A model generated the notes under the pieces. That model saw only the letters and a list, made by a program, of their open reading frames with translations. It had not been told where the DNA came from and ran no database searches. Below, one piece after another: positions 37,925-50,380 of a stretch of DNA of 64,000 nucleotides. The translations under genes were made by a program, and so were the position numbers. Source of the DNA: Callorhinchus milii (lineage: Eukaryota); assembly GCF_018977255.1 (NCBI RefSeq), contig NW_024704743.1:91576001-91640000 (forward strand). Reading direction: 5' to 3'. Each line of letters starts with the position of its first letter. Position 1 is the first letter of the stretch.

Positions 37925-38352
37925 TAACCCATGCATTTGATATAGCATTTTTACATCCAGGGATATCTCAAAGTGCCTCATAGGAATTAAATGTATGTAG
38001 CAATTGCATCCTTTAGGTGAAAGCGGTATTCTATTTGCAGAGAGCAGTGTCCCACAAACAGCCATGAGGTGAATGACCCATTTTATTTGGAAGATTGTTG
38101 GCAGGACACCGGGAGAAACTCGCTTCTCTTTTTAAATAGTACCATGGGATCTTTAGCATTCACCTAAACAGGCAGACATGACTTTAGTTTGTTGTCTCAT
38201 TTAAAGGACGGCACCTTTGGAAATGCAATACATTTCACCATTTCATTGGAGTGATGGCCTAGATTATGTGAATTGAAAGTCTCAACATGGGGCTTGAACC
38301 CACAACCTTCTGATTCGGAGGTGAGAGTTCTACCAACACAGCTAGGCTGACA
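37925..38352 (-). mobile_element. Deu-domain SINE, near full length
   Basis: Head with GTGGGTTCAAGCCCC B box, Deu core, tail. Confidence 0.88.
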
Positions 38353-39964
38353 TCTAAATATGAGTGCTCTCTGATCTCCTGCCTGGGTTAACTGGTTTGG
38401 AGAACTCCAATAGTTAAGACTCCAGAGGTGCCCAGAACAATTCATTTGACTATTTTAAGAACATGTAGACATTTGGGTATATTTTGCTGGTGCTGCCCAT
38501 TAAAATGATTGACTTTGACAATCCCATTACAAGCGCTCACCCCAAAGGCAGCAACTTTAGAAGTTAGGGTAAATTTGCACCCTGAAGACCCTCACAGATA
38601 CTAAAACTATTTGTTTGAATACTAAATGGTAACAGTTAATTGCCATTTTATAAAATACACTCATGCTTATTTTCCAGACAGCAAAGAGAATCATTAACAA
38701 TAACAGGCATGACATTTACAAATATGTTGGATGTATAAGTCAAAGCAAACGGGTGCCTATGGCTATAGTAACTGGAATGGAGAACTATGGCATTACAGAA
38801 AAAAGTAACAAATTCACATTTGTATTACAAACTGTTCATGCAATATTTATAGTAACTGACATTTAAATAAAGTACGGGTCAGTATTTTGTACAGAACTAA
38901 TCCATTCTTCACTTATATAATTACTATTGTGTACAGATAAGTCTTACCTTGGTCAAATGCTCTACACATCAAAGGAAAGACGTGACTGAGAACATTGGGA
39001 TCAACTCCCTGTCAATGGGCTTTTACTGTGGTAAATTTATGTCTGATCCTGATTTTAGTCTACAAACACTCAATGGTTGCCACGGCTTCTCACAAAAACC
39101 TGGTTACTCTGTGATTTCAATCAATAAAGCACTACTCTGTAACACAGTCAAATGTTGGATTTGCAACAACAACTTGTATTTCTGTAGCACCCTTCACATA
39201 GGGAACATCCCGGAGTGTTTCACTTTCATACAACAGTGTACAATAACAACATGTTGCTCTCATTAGCTAAAGTTATATAGTCCAACCTGTGGTGCTGGTA
39301 GTGGTGGTGGCAAGCACATTAGTATTCTCTGTACTTGGAGAAACCCATCATCAAAGATTTTGGTAATCAGGAATACAGGTACACGGTTTGCATTCTAAAT
39401 AATTTAGAAGAATATTGTTTGGAAATGTTTTCCAATGTTAATAGGAAGTCAGTCAAGTCTTTACATGTCTTCCCTTTGGCAAAATCCTTACAGTTAACAG
39501 TTCTTCTTGCATTTAATTTCTGGTACAAAAATTGTCAAATCAAGTGACATGCCCCACATGCATGATTGTGTTGAATAATACAAGCAAAAAACATGCTTGA
39601 GTTATCAGTGACACTTTACATTCAATCAAATGTTAACCACAACTTTAACAATCCACTGTTTCGCGAGCTACAAAGCCTCGCTCACTCACGTGACAATCAC
39701 TTCCTCCATTGCCTCATTCAAGGCATGTCTCAAAACATACCACTTTGACTGCATTTTTGGTCCTCTCTCTGCTCCCTACACCCCTCACCTTCTCTACTCC
39801 CAGCTCAGGTATCTATCCATATTTATTGCTTTGAGACGTCCTTTTATAAATGTAAATTGTAATGTAAATGCCTAAAGACCTTCCACTTCGACCATGCCTG
39901 TGGTCACTTCCGCCTTTCCCCCATCTCAGCATCGTGCTCCTCTACTTTCACGCGCTCTGGGACG

Positions 39965-40655
39965 ACAACAACAACAACTTGGATTTATATAGCGTCCTTC
40001 ACGTCTCAGAACGCTTTACAGTTCAGGATCTCGGGACTGAGCCAGGGGGAGGGGGAGGAAGGTGACCAAAGGCGCGGTCGAAAAGAAAGGTCTTCAGCAG
40101 AGACTGAAAATGGGAAGGGAGGGAGTGAGACGAAGGGAGTGAGGAAGGCAGTTCCAGAGCCTCGGGGCATAGTGGCTGAAGGCACGGCCGCCGAGGGTGG
40201 AGCGGAGGACTCGGGGGACAAGAAGAAGGCCAGACCCGGAAGAACGAAGGCAATGGGTACTGTGCTGAGGAGAGAGGACGTCAGAGAGGTAGGGGGCTGC
40301 AGAGGAGTGCAGGGACTTGAATACGAGGGTGAGGATCTTGAAATCGATCCTCTCTGGGAGAGGCAGCCAGTGCAGTCTGGCAAGGACTGGGGTGATCGGG
40401 GAGCGGAGTTTCGTGTGGGTGAGAATGCAGGCGGCAGAATTTTGAATGATTTGGATTTTATGGATGGTAGTTGATAGGAGACCGGCGAGGAGGGCATTTG
40501 AATAGTCCAGCCGGGAGGTGACAAAGATATGGACCAGAGTTTCAGCGGCTTTTGGGGAGAGGTATTGTTGGAGACGGGCGATGCGTCGGAGGTGGAAGAA
40601 AACGGTACTGGTGAGGGACGGGATGTGGGGGAGGAAGAATAATTGGGGGTCAAAC
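39965..40655 (-). mobile_element. L2 LINE 3' fragment (distinct subfamily)
   Basis: SRLDYSNA/LHWLP region, LKTFLFDRAF, tail CTGAGACGTGAAGGACGCTATATAAATCCAAG(TTG)n. Confidence 0.92.
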
Positions 40656-41307
40656 CTGATGCTACCCTACTTGAGGGGCGCTATACAAATGTAAGTTGTT
40701 TTTGTTATTGTTGATAATACTCTAATAACATTGCATCAATGACAACCAAGTCTTCTCCCATATACAGTAATGAACATATCCAGGTTTATAATGACAATAA
40801 CTTGAATTGATATATACATAGAATAATGTTTTGGAGCGCTTTGAAGTATGATAATGATATTATATTTACAAATGTGAGAGGATGTGAGTTGTGGTTGCTC
40901 TGAATATGAAATAAAGCTTCACTTACAGTTAACCCACTCTAATGACTGTCCACATCCTGATAACAAATAGCACTGCACCAAGGCATTCAGCATCATACCT
41001 GTAGCAGTGACAGCGTTCTTGTATCAAAAATGACATGCCAGTCAAGTTGATACATTTCATTCCTTTGGACAAATCCCTGTAGTTAACAAGTCTTCTAAGC
41101 CTCTAATTCCTGGTACAAAACAATCCATCAAATCAAATGATGTGGCTCACATTTGTGGCCATGTGACCAATTCAATATTGTTCCAATGGAATGATTATCT
41201 CTATATTATCCCATCACTGAAAATCTCTGTTCAAAACAGTATTTATTCATCGATTGGTTTAGATTTAAATGACCCTGTCCTCCATTCCATGCCAATAGTG
41301 GCAAATT

Positions 41308-41443
41308 GGTTTAAAGAAGTGATTAGGGGATTTAAAAGAGAATTTAGGAGGATCTACTTCACGCAGAGTGTAATGAGAATATGGAATTTGCTGCTTGTTG
41401 GTGGTTGGATCAGATAGTGTAGATGCATTTAAGAGAAATGCAC

Positions 41444-41484
<41 letters not shown>

Positions 41485-41640
41485 CCTTGCATTTGATATA
41501 GCGCTTTTCACGTCGGGAGGACAAAGGGGAAAAAAAGTTACGGGAGACAGTAGTGGAGACTTATGGGGAATACAGACTCCAGCACGGATCGAATGACATG
41601 TTTCCTTGTGTAGTCTATGTAAATTTATGTAAATCTATGT
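41308..41640 (+). mobile_element. CR1 3' end interrupted by a SINE tail with long (ATA)n (41444-41522, minus strand)
   Basis: RRIYFTQSVMRIWNLL peptide; CTATGTAAAT tail repeats. Confidence 0.75.
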
Positions 41641-41741
41641 TTCTCCTAAAGATGGTTGAAGTTGCCAATCTCTGCCTTTGTTGTTGGTCCAATAAACCTA
41701 TACATCCAATTTCCCAAAACATTTCCTTTGATATATCTAAA

Positions 41742-42078
41742 GTAATCCCTGCATTTGATATAGCGCCTTTCACATCAGGGGGGTGCTTCAAAGCGCTTCA
41801 CAGGATTTACTTCACAGTATATTTTGCAGGCGAATGCAACAGTCAATTTGTGCACAGCAATGTCCGACAAATAGCCATGAAGTGAATGATCAATTTTATC
41901 TGGGGTATGGTTGGCCAGGACATTGGGAGAAACTCCCTTTGCATTTTGAATAGTCTCAAGGGATCTTCAGTGTCCAACTAAACAGGCAGACAACCCTTTC
42001 ATTTAATGTCTCATTGGCAGGATGACACCTCTATCAGGGCAGCACTCCCCAACACTGCACTGGAATCGAGTCAGCCTG
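41742..42078 (-). mobile_element. Deu-domain SINE
   Basis: Tail and Deu core, head missing. Confidence 0.83.
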
Positions 42079-42799
42079 ACACCTATTTCTAAACCTAACA
42101 ACACAGAATCTTTAGTTAGCAGAATTCAACTGAAGATTCAATTAGCACTGCAGTGAATCGACTTTGTAGGACCTTATTGCACCACCTGGGCTGCTGGTTT
42201 GACCATATAGCTATTGACGTTTTGCTAAAGAGCTATCTCTTGCATTTCTTCTATTGAACATATTTGGAAGTTATGACCCCTTGCTCTTGAAGTTTCTTAA
42301 AAGTTCAATTGATCTTTATCAGGCCAGCATTGGGAGATAATTCTTCATTATGTCACAGTCTCCCATGTCTTGCAGCTGCTTGACTAACCCTTATATTGAA
42401 GACCATGAATTAGAACAGATGGATAATGATATTCAGGCAACGAGTCCCTTGGTAATCGGTTCTTGATATTTTAATATAGACTCATATTGGCAAAAATACT
42501 AAGTGCAATAGAACTTGTTAAATATGACAAATGGCAAGATTGTTCTCAATGACATGAGCAAAGGCCGTTCAGCCTATTCATTACTTTTATAATATTGATA
42601 TCTGGATTGATGCTGCAAAGGCCATTTGCATCTAACATTCACTTACAATTATTAATTTCAGATTCTTTAACTTCCTAAGCATAAATGCAGGTGTTACATA
42701 TCCACTTCCTGGATCTGGACATTGGACCTCAGTCTCAAAACTGTTCATTCCTTTGATAACTACAGTTGCAATCTGAATTGCAATAACCATTCAATGTAC

Positions 42800-43040
42800 A
42801 ATATTTTTACACAGAGTTGAAAAGGGTACTTTCAGGACAGACATCAAAAAGGTTTTCTTTACCTGGAAGGTATTTAACAAGGGCAATATGTTGCCAGGAT
42901 GGGTGGTTGAGGCCAGGACACTGGACTCACTTAAAAATCAGCTTGATACTGTGATGGGAAGATGCTACGGGAGATATTCTGGAAGGCTGAGATCAAATTG
43001 GCCAAATGGCCTTCTTTATCCAAACCAATCTTGTTATCTT
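42800..43040 (+). mobile_element. CR1-like 3' fragment
   Basis: LPGWVVEARTLDSLKNQLD peptide. Confidence 0.75.
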
Positions 43041-43119
43041 GTTAGATACATTGAGTTACATAGAGTGATTCATGACAGAAACACGCCATTTACTCAATAA
43101 GTCCACATTTATGTTTATT

Positions 43120-44195
43120 CTTGGCGTCTTGTTTGACCCTCAACTATCCTATTCGTGGAGTCCTGTAGCTCAGTGGTTAGAGCACTCGCTTTGCAAGTGA
43201 GAGACCTGAGTTCAATTCCAGGCAGGTCAGGGCGAAACCTTGGGCAAGTTTTCTTACTCCACACAGAGCCTAATAATAATCCCTCCAAAACCAAAAACAA
43301 TAATAAATTGGTCATTTTCAATCTACGACTGTTTGTGGGACATTGCTGTGCGCAATTGGCTGCCGCGTTCGCCCACAAATATAGTCAATTCACTTTACAG
43401 TGTGTTCTGTGAAGCGCTTCGGGACGTCCTCCCGACGTGAAAAGCGCTATACCAAATGCAAGGATTATTATTATTATCCTTTCTACCCCACATCTGCGCC
43501 ATGACCCACTCTGCCTTCCCCTACCTCCATAACACCGCCCTGTTCCACCACTGTCTCACTGCAGGCCGCCATGACCCTCATACCCTCATTCATAACATCC
43601 AGGCTCAACTACGCAAACTCCCTCCTTGTCGGCCTCGCCAACTCCACCCTCCACAGGCTGCAGATCATCCAGAACTCTGCAACCCATGTCTTCTCCCTCA
43701 CTAGGATCCATGACCCTATCACCCCCATCTTCGCCTGACTCCACTGGCTTCCCATCACACAGAAGATACAGTTCAAGATCCTGGTCTTCACTTTCAAAGC
43801 CCTCCAAGGCCTTGCTCCGCCCTACCTCTGCGGCCTTCTAACCCCCTACCAACATGCCTGCTCCCTCTGCTCAGCGGGCTCTGGCCTGCTTCACGTCGCC
43901 GGCCTTGCCCGCCCCACCATTGGTGGGCGGGCCTTCTACCATTTTGCCCTCACCTTCTGAAACTCCATCCCACAGTCCCTCTGCCTTGCTCCCTCCCTTG
44001 CCTCCTTCAAGACCCGTCTCAAGACTCTCCTCTTCGACCATGCCTTCGGTCACCCTCCATGCCCCCCTGCTCTCCATCCTCCCCGATCCCAACCCCTAGC
44101 TCCAGTCCAAAACCCTTATTGTCCAGCACCTTGGGACGGTCTCCTGACATGAACACTGCTTTACAAATGTAATTTTGTTGTTATTTGTTGTTGTT
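43120..44195 (+). mobile_element. L2 LINE 3' fragment hosting a nested SINE
   Basis: 43120-43150 plus 43475-44195 are collinear with 32441-33140. Confidence 0.92.
43155..43477 (+). mobile_element. Young tRNA-SINE, full length, with target-site duplication TATCCT
   Basis: TATCCT at 43145-43150 and 43475-43480. Confidence 0.95.
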
Positions 44196-44199
44196 ATAT

Positions 44200-46295
44200 T
44201 CAATATAAACTCCTCCTCTCATCTCTGTCCTTCTGCACTGAATGCCTGCTCAAAATGGATGATTTCAACCCCCACCTTAACTCCCTTTGCACTAGTTCTT
44301 CGGATTTCACTGCCCGTCATGACCTACCTCTTCCTCGGACTTCCTCTCCCTCGAGCCCTCCATCCACAGTGATCCTGATGCAGTCATCAAGCTGCTGAAT
44401 GACCGTCTCTCGACAACCTTCACTTCCCTGGTTCCCCTTAAATCCAGGAATGTTTCCAAGTCCACCTACTCCTCACCCACTTAAAACCCAAATCCGGGCA
44501 ATCGAGTGCAGATGGAAGAAATCCAGTCTCACAATTCATGGCTAGCGGTGGCTCGAGAACAGCCATGACTACCGTCTCTCCCTTTCACGGGCCAAAACTG
44601 ACTTTTACTCCAAAGTTATCTTGGAGGCGAAAAACAACCCAAAAGCACTGTTTTCCACCGTCCATCACCTACTCCGTGATGGCTCTGGACTTCTTCACCT
44701 CAAAGATTGAAAACGCCCGCTTGGCTGCATCGTCCTCCCCTCTCCCCCAACCCATGTCCCCTTCTACCCCACACAGACCATCCATACTGCCTTCTCCCTC
44801 CGCCACAGTTTTCTTACTTCTTACACTTCTTTGGTTCCATTTCTCCCTCCTCTCAACCCCAATCACCCGCATGAAGTTCATCACCTGCTGCTCAACCCCC
44901 CCCCCACCCAGCTGCTGGTCACTCAACTTTCCCTTCTCTCCCCCCTGCCTGCTGACAAGGTCAACCAGTCTCTCTCCACAGGTTCTGTTCCACTCTCCCT
45001 AAAAAACCTCTCCTATCACACCTCTCCTCAAAAACCCCACCCCCGATCGCTCTGTCAAAGTCACAAATGACGTAATCTTTATCTGTGGCCAGGGCTCCCT
45101 CTTCCTCCTTGTCCTCCTGGATCTCTCTGCTGCGCTCGACACAGTCGACCACACCATCCTCCTCCACCGACTCTCCTCGCTCATCCATCTTAATGGAATT
45201 GCACTCGCATGGTTTGAGTCCTACTTAACTAACTGCCTCCATTTCATTTCGGCAAATGGTTTCTCCTCCCGCCCCCACACGGGCACCTGCGGGGCACCCC
45301 AGGGCTCCATCCTTGACCCTCTTCTTTTCGTCATCTATATGCTCCTTCTTGGCGAAGTCATCCGCAGGCACGGGGTAAACTACCACATGTATGTGGATGA
45401 CACACAAATCTAATTTGCCTCCTCCAGTACCAACTCCAGGTCCACCGATGTTCTATCAGCTTGTCTGGCAAATATCAGGGCCTGGATGAGTGTCAACTTG
45501 CTCCAGCTGAATGTCGACAAGACAAAAGCCATACTCATTGGCTCCCGTCAACGACTTCACTCCTGCGGATCTAAACTCCTGACCCTCACTGGGCTCTCCC
45601 TCACACTCACCAAACCAGTGCACAATCTAGGCATCCAGTTCAACCCCCAGCTGTCCTTTCTCCCCCACATTTGGTCTCTGACCAGGACAGCCTTCCTTCA
45701 CCTCCGTCACATTGCCCGTCTGCGACCGTGCCCGGCCGAAACCCTTGTTCATGCATTTGTCACCTCCCGCCTGGATTACTCAAACGCACTCCTTGCCGGT
45801 CTCCCCAGCTCCACTGTTCAAAAAATTCAACTCATTCAGAACTCTGCTGCCCGCATACTGACCCGGACCAAACTCCATACCCACATCTCACCAGTTCTGG
45901 CCAGGCTCCACTGGCTTCCCATCACTGAAAGGATCAACTTCAAGATCCTCACATTCATGTTCAAATCCCTTCACTGCCTGGCACTTCCCTCCCTCTCCGA
46001 ACTCCTCACTCTCCAATTCATCACCCAGCATCTCCACTCGACTAGCACCCTCCTCCTGCTTACTCTCGCACCCTCTGCTCCATCATTGGAGGTCAACCAT
46101 TCAACCTCTACACCCCGAAACTCTGGAACACTGTCTCTCAATTACTCCACTTTGCCCTCTCTGTTCCCTTTTTCAAGTCCCACCTGAAAACTTTCCTATT
46201 TGACCTCCCCCGCCCCAACCCCCCTCGGCTTGGAGTTAAGTGCTCTGAGACGCTACCCTGCATGGAGGGCGCTATATAAGTGCAAGTTGTTGTTT
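44200..46295 (+). mobile_element. L2 LINE, ~2.1 kb decayed ORF2 (RT YVDD followed by a stop)
   Basis: LLDLSAALDTVDH, GAPQGSIL, YVDDTQI*, LQLNVDKTKAILIG, AFVTSRLDYSNALLAGLP; tail ACGCTACCCTGCATGGAGGGCGC. Confidence 0.95.
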
Positions 46296-47373
46296 TATAA
46301 GCCTCCACCCTTCTTATTTCCCTCCTCTATAAAACTATACTACTCTGTTTCCTTCTCCCTCATGTATCCTTGCATTTGATATAGTGCCTTATCATGTCAT
46401 TGAGATGTCTCAAAGTGCTTCACAGCGTGTAAAGTGGATTGACTGTATTTTGTGGCTTAAATGTCTGAAATGCTGTACTCTGTCCAGTGCCTTGGGACAT
46501 CCTCCAGACGTGAAAGGCGCTATACAAATGTAATCTTGTGTTGTTGTATAAGCGATTGATGAAATAAAGGGGGATTTGTCCTCTTTCGAGGTAAGAATGC
46601 ACATTAATAATCATATCCTTTAAAAAATATTACTACCATTTTGCATGGAAAGTGGCTTATGTATTGGAAGCATGATGATATTAGCCATGTGATGATATAG
46701 GACAAAGTCTTATCAGCAATTCACTATAAATTAATTTATTTGTTTGTTTATTTGTTTTAATCCTCTCTTCCATACTCCTCTATTCGCCTCTCCCTACTGA
46801 ATGGGAATATCCCCTTCCCTATCTGCTGCCTTCCAATATTGAAATACTATCAAGGAATCTTACAGTTCAGATTCTGTTATTGTTCTCTTTTGAGGTACAT
46901 ACATTAATATCTTTTAAAATATGTTTGCAGAACTAAGTGCATTTATTTTTATATATGAACTCTAAGTACAGTTTGACAATAATTGGCGCATGGGATCATT
47001 TGCTTTCCTTTCCTCTCAAGTAGAATTTGTGGCTTGTAAACAATATTGCATCCCAATACAATGTTGTATAGAATCTAAATCTATTCTATTCAAATGCCTT
47101 GCAGGCATTTATGATTATTGTGAAAGCGATCTCTGTGCAATGTGCGAGCCATTGCACAATCTTATGAATGCTTTATGTTTACAAAGTTAAATAAAATTTC
47201 TATTTTTCCCTTAATTTGATAATGTGTTTGTTGTAAATTTTCTGTGCTATATTTGTCAAGTGTTTCATGAAAGTCCACATGATAATAATGTATATAATAT
47301 CGTCATTATATAATGGGCCATTATATAATTATCATATCACACGTTGCATTTTTAGCCCCAAAGTTAATCATAT

Positions 47374-47535
47374 TAATAATAATCCTTGCATTTGATACAG
47401 TGCCTTAACACGTCATTGAGAGGTCTCAAAGTGCTTCACAGAATATACTGTAAAGTGAACTGACTATATTTTGTGGGTGAATTACAGTAGGCAATTGCAC
47501 ACAGCAGTGTCCCACAAACAGTTGTGGATTGAGTG
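47374..47535 (-). mobile_element. SINE 3' half
   Basis: Tail and body. Confidence 0.82.
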
Positions 47536-50028
47536 AAGGAACTAATAACCTCAATCTCTGAAGCTGTGGTATCTTTAGGACGAGACCAATTTGTAATGCA
47601 CGACTTTGCTTTTCTGATTCTGTATTTGTTTTGTTATCTGCAATCCCAATGGGTTATCAACAATGGTAAAACATTTCACTTCTTACCTTAGCCTACAGGC
47701 GTATGTGTTATTCATTGCCCAGAGTCCTTAGTTCATGTTGCAGTTCGGGAAGCCTTGGGTAGTAAGCCAATAAAGTTAGTTAGTTTGTGTGGTTATCTAG
47801 TATGCATGGCTCCTTTCAGCATTAGCATTACCACAGCAATGACTCACCAACAGTTTGAATGCTGTGAGTACTGTAAAGAATTCTAGAGCATCTTAATGTC
47901 TAGACTGTTTACACAGTGCAGCTAATGTCATGAGCGACTGCACCGAAGCAAATGATCACATCTTTCTTAAAACAAGGTTTGTTACAATAGATCTTAGCCA
48001 AATTTGTACATGACTTAGGCTGCAGATGCTATCATCACAACTTGTTTTCTCTCTGACATATCATTGTTGATACAGACTTTTCTTCATGGTTCTATAACAA
48101 GAGAACACTGGTACTTCCAACAGCAATATTTTCCTTGTTTCCATACGATGGAAATTAAAAATAATATATCGTAATCCTTGAATTTGACACATTGTCAAAC
48201 CCTGTACAGGTAATTGCTGTCACAAACAGCCATGACGTGAATGTTCAATCTAACTGGAAGGATATCAGGAGAATTTTTTTTAAACAGTGCCATCGGATTT
48301 TTAATCTGAACGAGAAAACAGTTTAACATCTGATCCAAAGGACAGCAACTCTTTCAATCCATGCTTTGAGGTGTCATCTCAGACTAAAAACTCAAAATAC
48401 ACTTTAAAGTAAAAATCATGAGACTTTCAATGACATTAAAGGCAGTATGTCAAATGCAAGAATTATTGGTTATTATGATGACTGTCATACAGTCTTCTGA
48501 ATAAGATAAATCTATACGCCATACTCAACAGACCTGCCTTACTACCTCTTTATCATGTAGGTTATGGACTAAGCGATTCCTCATTTATTCCTATCTTGTG
48601 GTACAGATTAAGGGCAATCACACAATATCATTACAGATTCCCTTGGTCACAGCGACCTTTCTGAAATCCCGAGGAGAGGTTGAACTACCTTGTGAACGCT
48701 TGATCGATCTTCCTACCTGCTTGACCGCCCACACTTTGTTTTATGCTTTTTGACTGCATCTTATAATTTGATATAGTTCCAGCTCATATTTGGCCTGTTT
48801 CAGTGCTTTGCATTATGAAATTACACGTAACATGTGGTATAAAAATCTAATTCCAAATATACAGGTAAATATAGACTGTAGTATCAGCTGTATGAAGCAA
48901 CACATACAGCATATAATAAAACAGACATTGTAATGGTTAATTAACTCATAAAACATACCTCACTAATATAACATGATATATGAGCCTAGATGTAATGAAG
49001 TGCTGGCCCATTTAAATGGAGTCTTGGGTGCTATTTTTCAACCTGATTTACAAAAGTTACTCTTGCAATAATAAAACGTTGTGTTGTACAGCATTTGGAG
49101 TCAGATGGAAAATGAAAGCAAGCACTGTAACTTTATTGCATGGGTAGAATTAAAGGCCATGTGGGAAAAATAACCACAGGGAAATTACTATTAGTCATCA
49201 AAACAGTTTTTTCACACAATGCTGGAACAAGCTTTAAAATCGGGATGAGAATTGAAAGAGTATCTATGGAATTCAAGCAGCAAATAGACAGGTCAGTAAA
49301 GAAGTAGATCTATGTAATGCAGTATAAGTGCAAGTATCAATGCATATAATGTGTAAATACAAAATAGTTCATAAAATATACAACAAATGCACATGTCAGA
49401 GAAAGATGGACAACGTTCATCTGTTGATTTATAAAACAAAATAGCGTCTCCATTTATTGCTTACAATGTCATGCAAACAACCCTATTAATCTCTGCCTAG
49501 TTATATATCAAAGAAGAAGCTTGCCCTAGTGAAACACACTGGGCAAGAGGCACTCATTTAACATATGGCTATATTTTAATAAGTCTATAGCGGATCATTT
49601 TAAACCAATTTGTAAAGAGTTGTTTCGAGACCAGATACAAAGACTTATCAATGATCTGGGGGAGAAATAATTACATGCTTTGTGTAATTAATTGCTTCCT
49701 ATTGTGTGAACTGACAAGCTTCATTGACCCACATTTCAACATAAAAATATTACTGATAAGTGGAACATGCTATCTTCAACTACCCAGCTGCTTCTCCACA
49801 TCACTGTCTCTGAGGGAGGGGAAAGGGAAGGATTTTTGGTAAAGTAACAATCAATCTGGCAGCCACAGAAGTAGCCACATTCTGAAATTTAGGTCCTTTT
49901 TCGTTAAAAAAAACTCATGTTAGCTTCTCTGGCAGCAAGGTCTCTTGAATGGGTAGTCTTGTATTTGCTATGAGTTTCCAAATACATTCAGGACTTTTTC
50001 TGATACACAGAAGGCATTGAACATAGAA

Positions 50029-50380
50029 GGAGTCTTGCTTAGAGCAAGGTTAGAGCACTCACCTCGCAAGGTTAGAGCACTCACCTCGCAAGCGAGAGGA
50101 CCCGGGTTCAATTCCCGGGTGGGTGGAAACCTTAAGCAAGTTTCCTTACTCCACACACCTCTTTACCCAGCAGTAAGTAGAAACCCTGTTGTTAGTTGAT
50201 TGTCGGATTGCTAAGTGGGGGTAATAAACAAAAAATGTGGTCACTCAATCCACGACTGTTTGTGGGACACTGTTTGTGGCCCACAAAATATACAATTAAT
50301 TCACCTTATATTCTGTGAAGCACTTTGAGATGTCTCAATGATGTGATCAGGCACTATTTCAAAAACAAGGATTATTATTA
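50029..50380 (+). mobile_element. tRNA-SINE older long variant with 22-bp tandem duplication in the head
   Basis: GCAAGGTTAGAGCACTCACCTC twice (50044-50087); extra segment present. Confidence 0.87.

Noticed and set aside
45486..46187. 233-aa ORF as a functional or domesticated RT gene (also 32102 and 52509)
   Set aside because: L2 ORF2 fragments with frameshifts and stops; catalytic motifs read YEDD, YVDD followed by a stop, and YAND.
46553..46590. Exon-like IDEIKGDLSSFE with donor GAG|GTAAGA
   Set aside because: The only acceptor lies in an L2 (TTG)n tail; the peptide is too short to assign.
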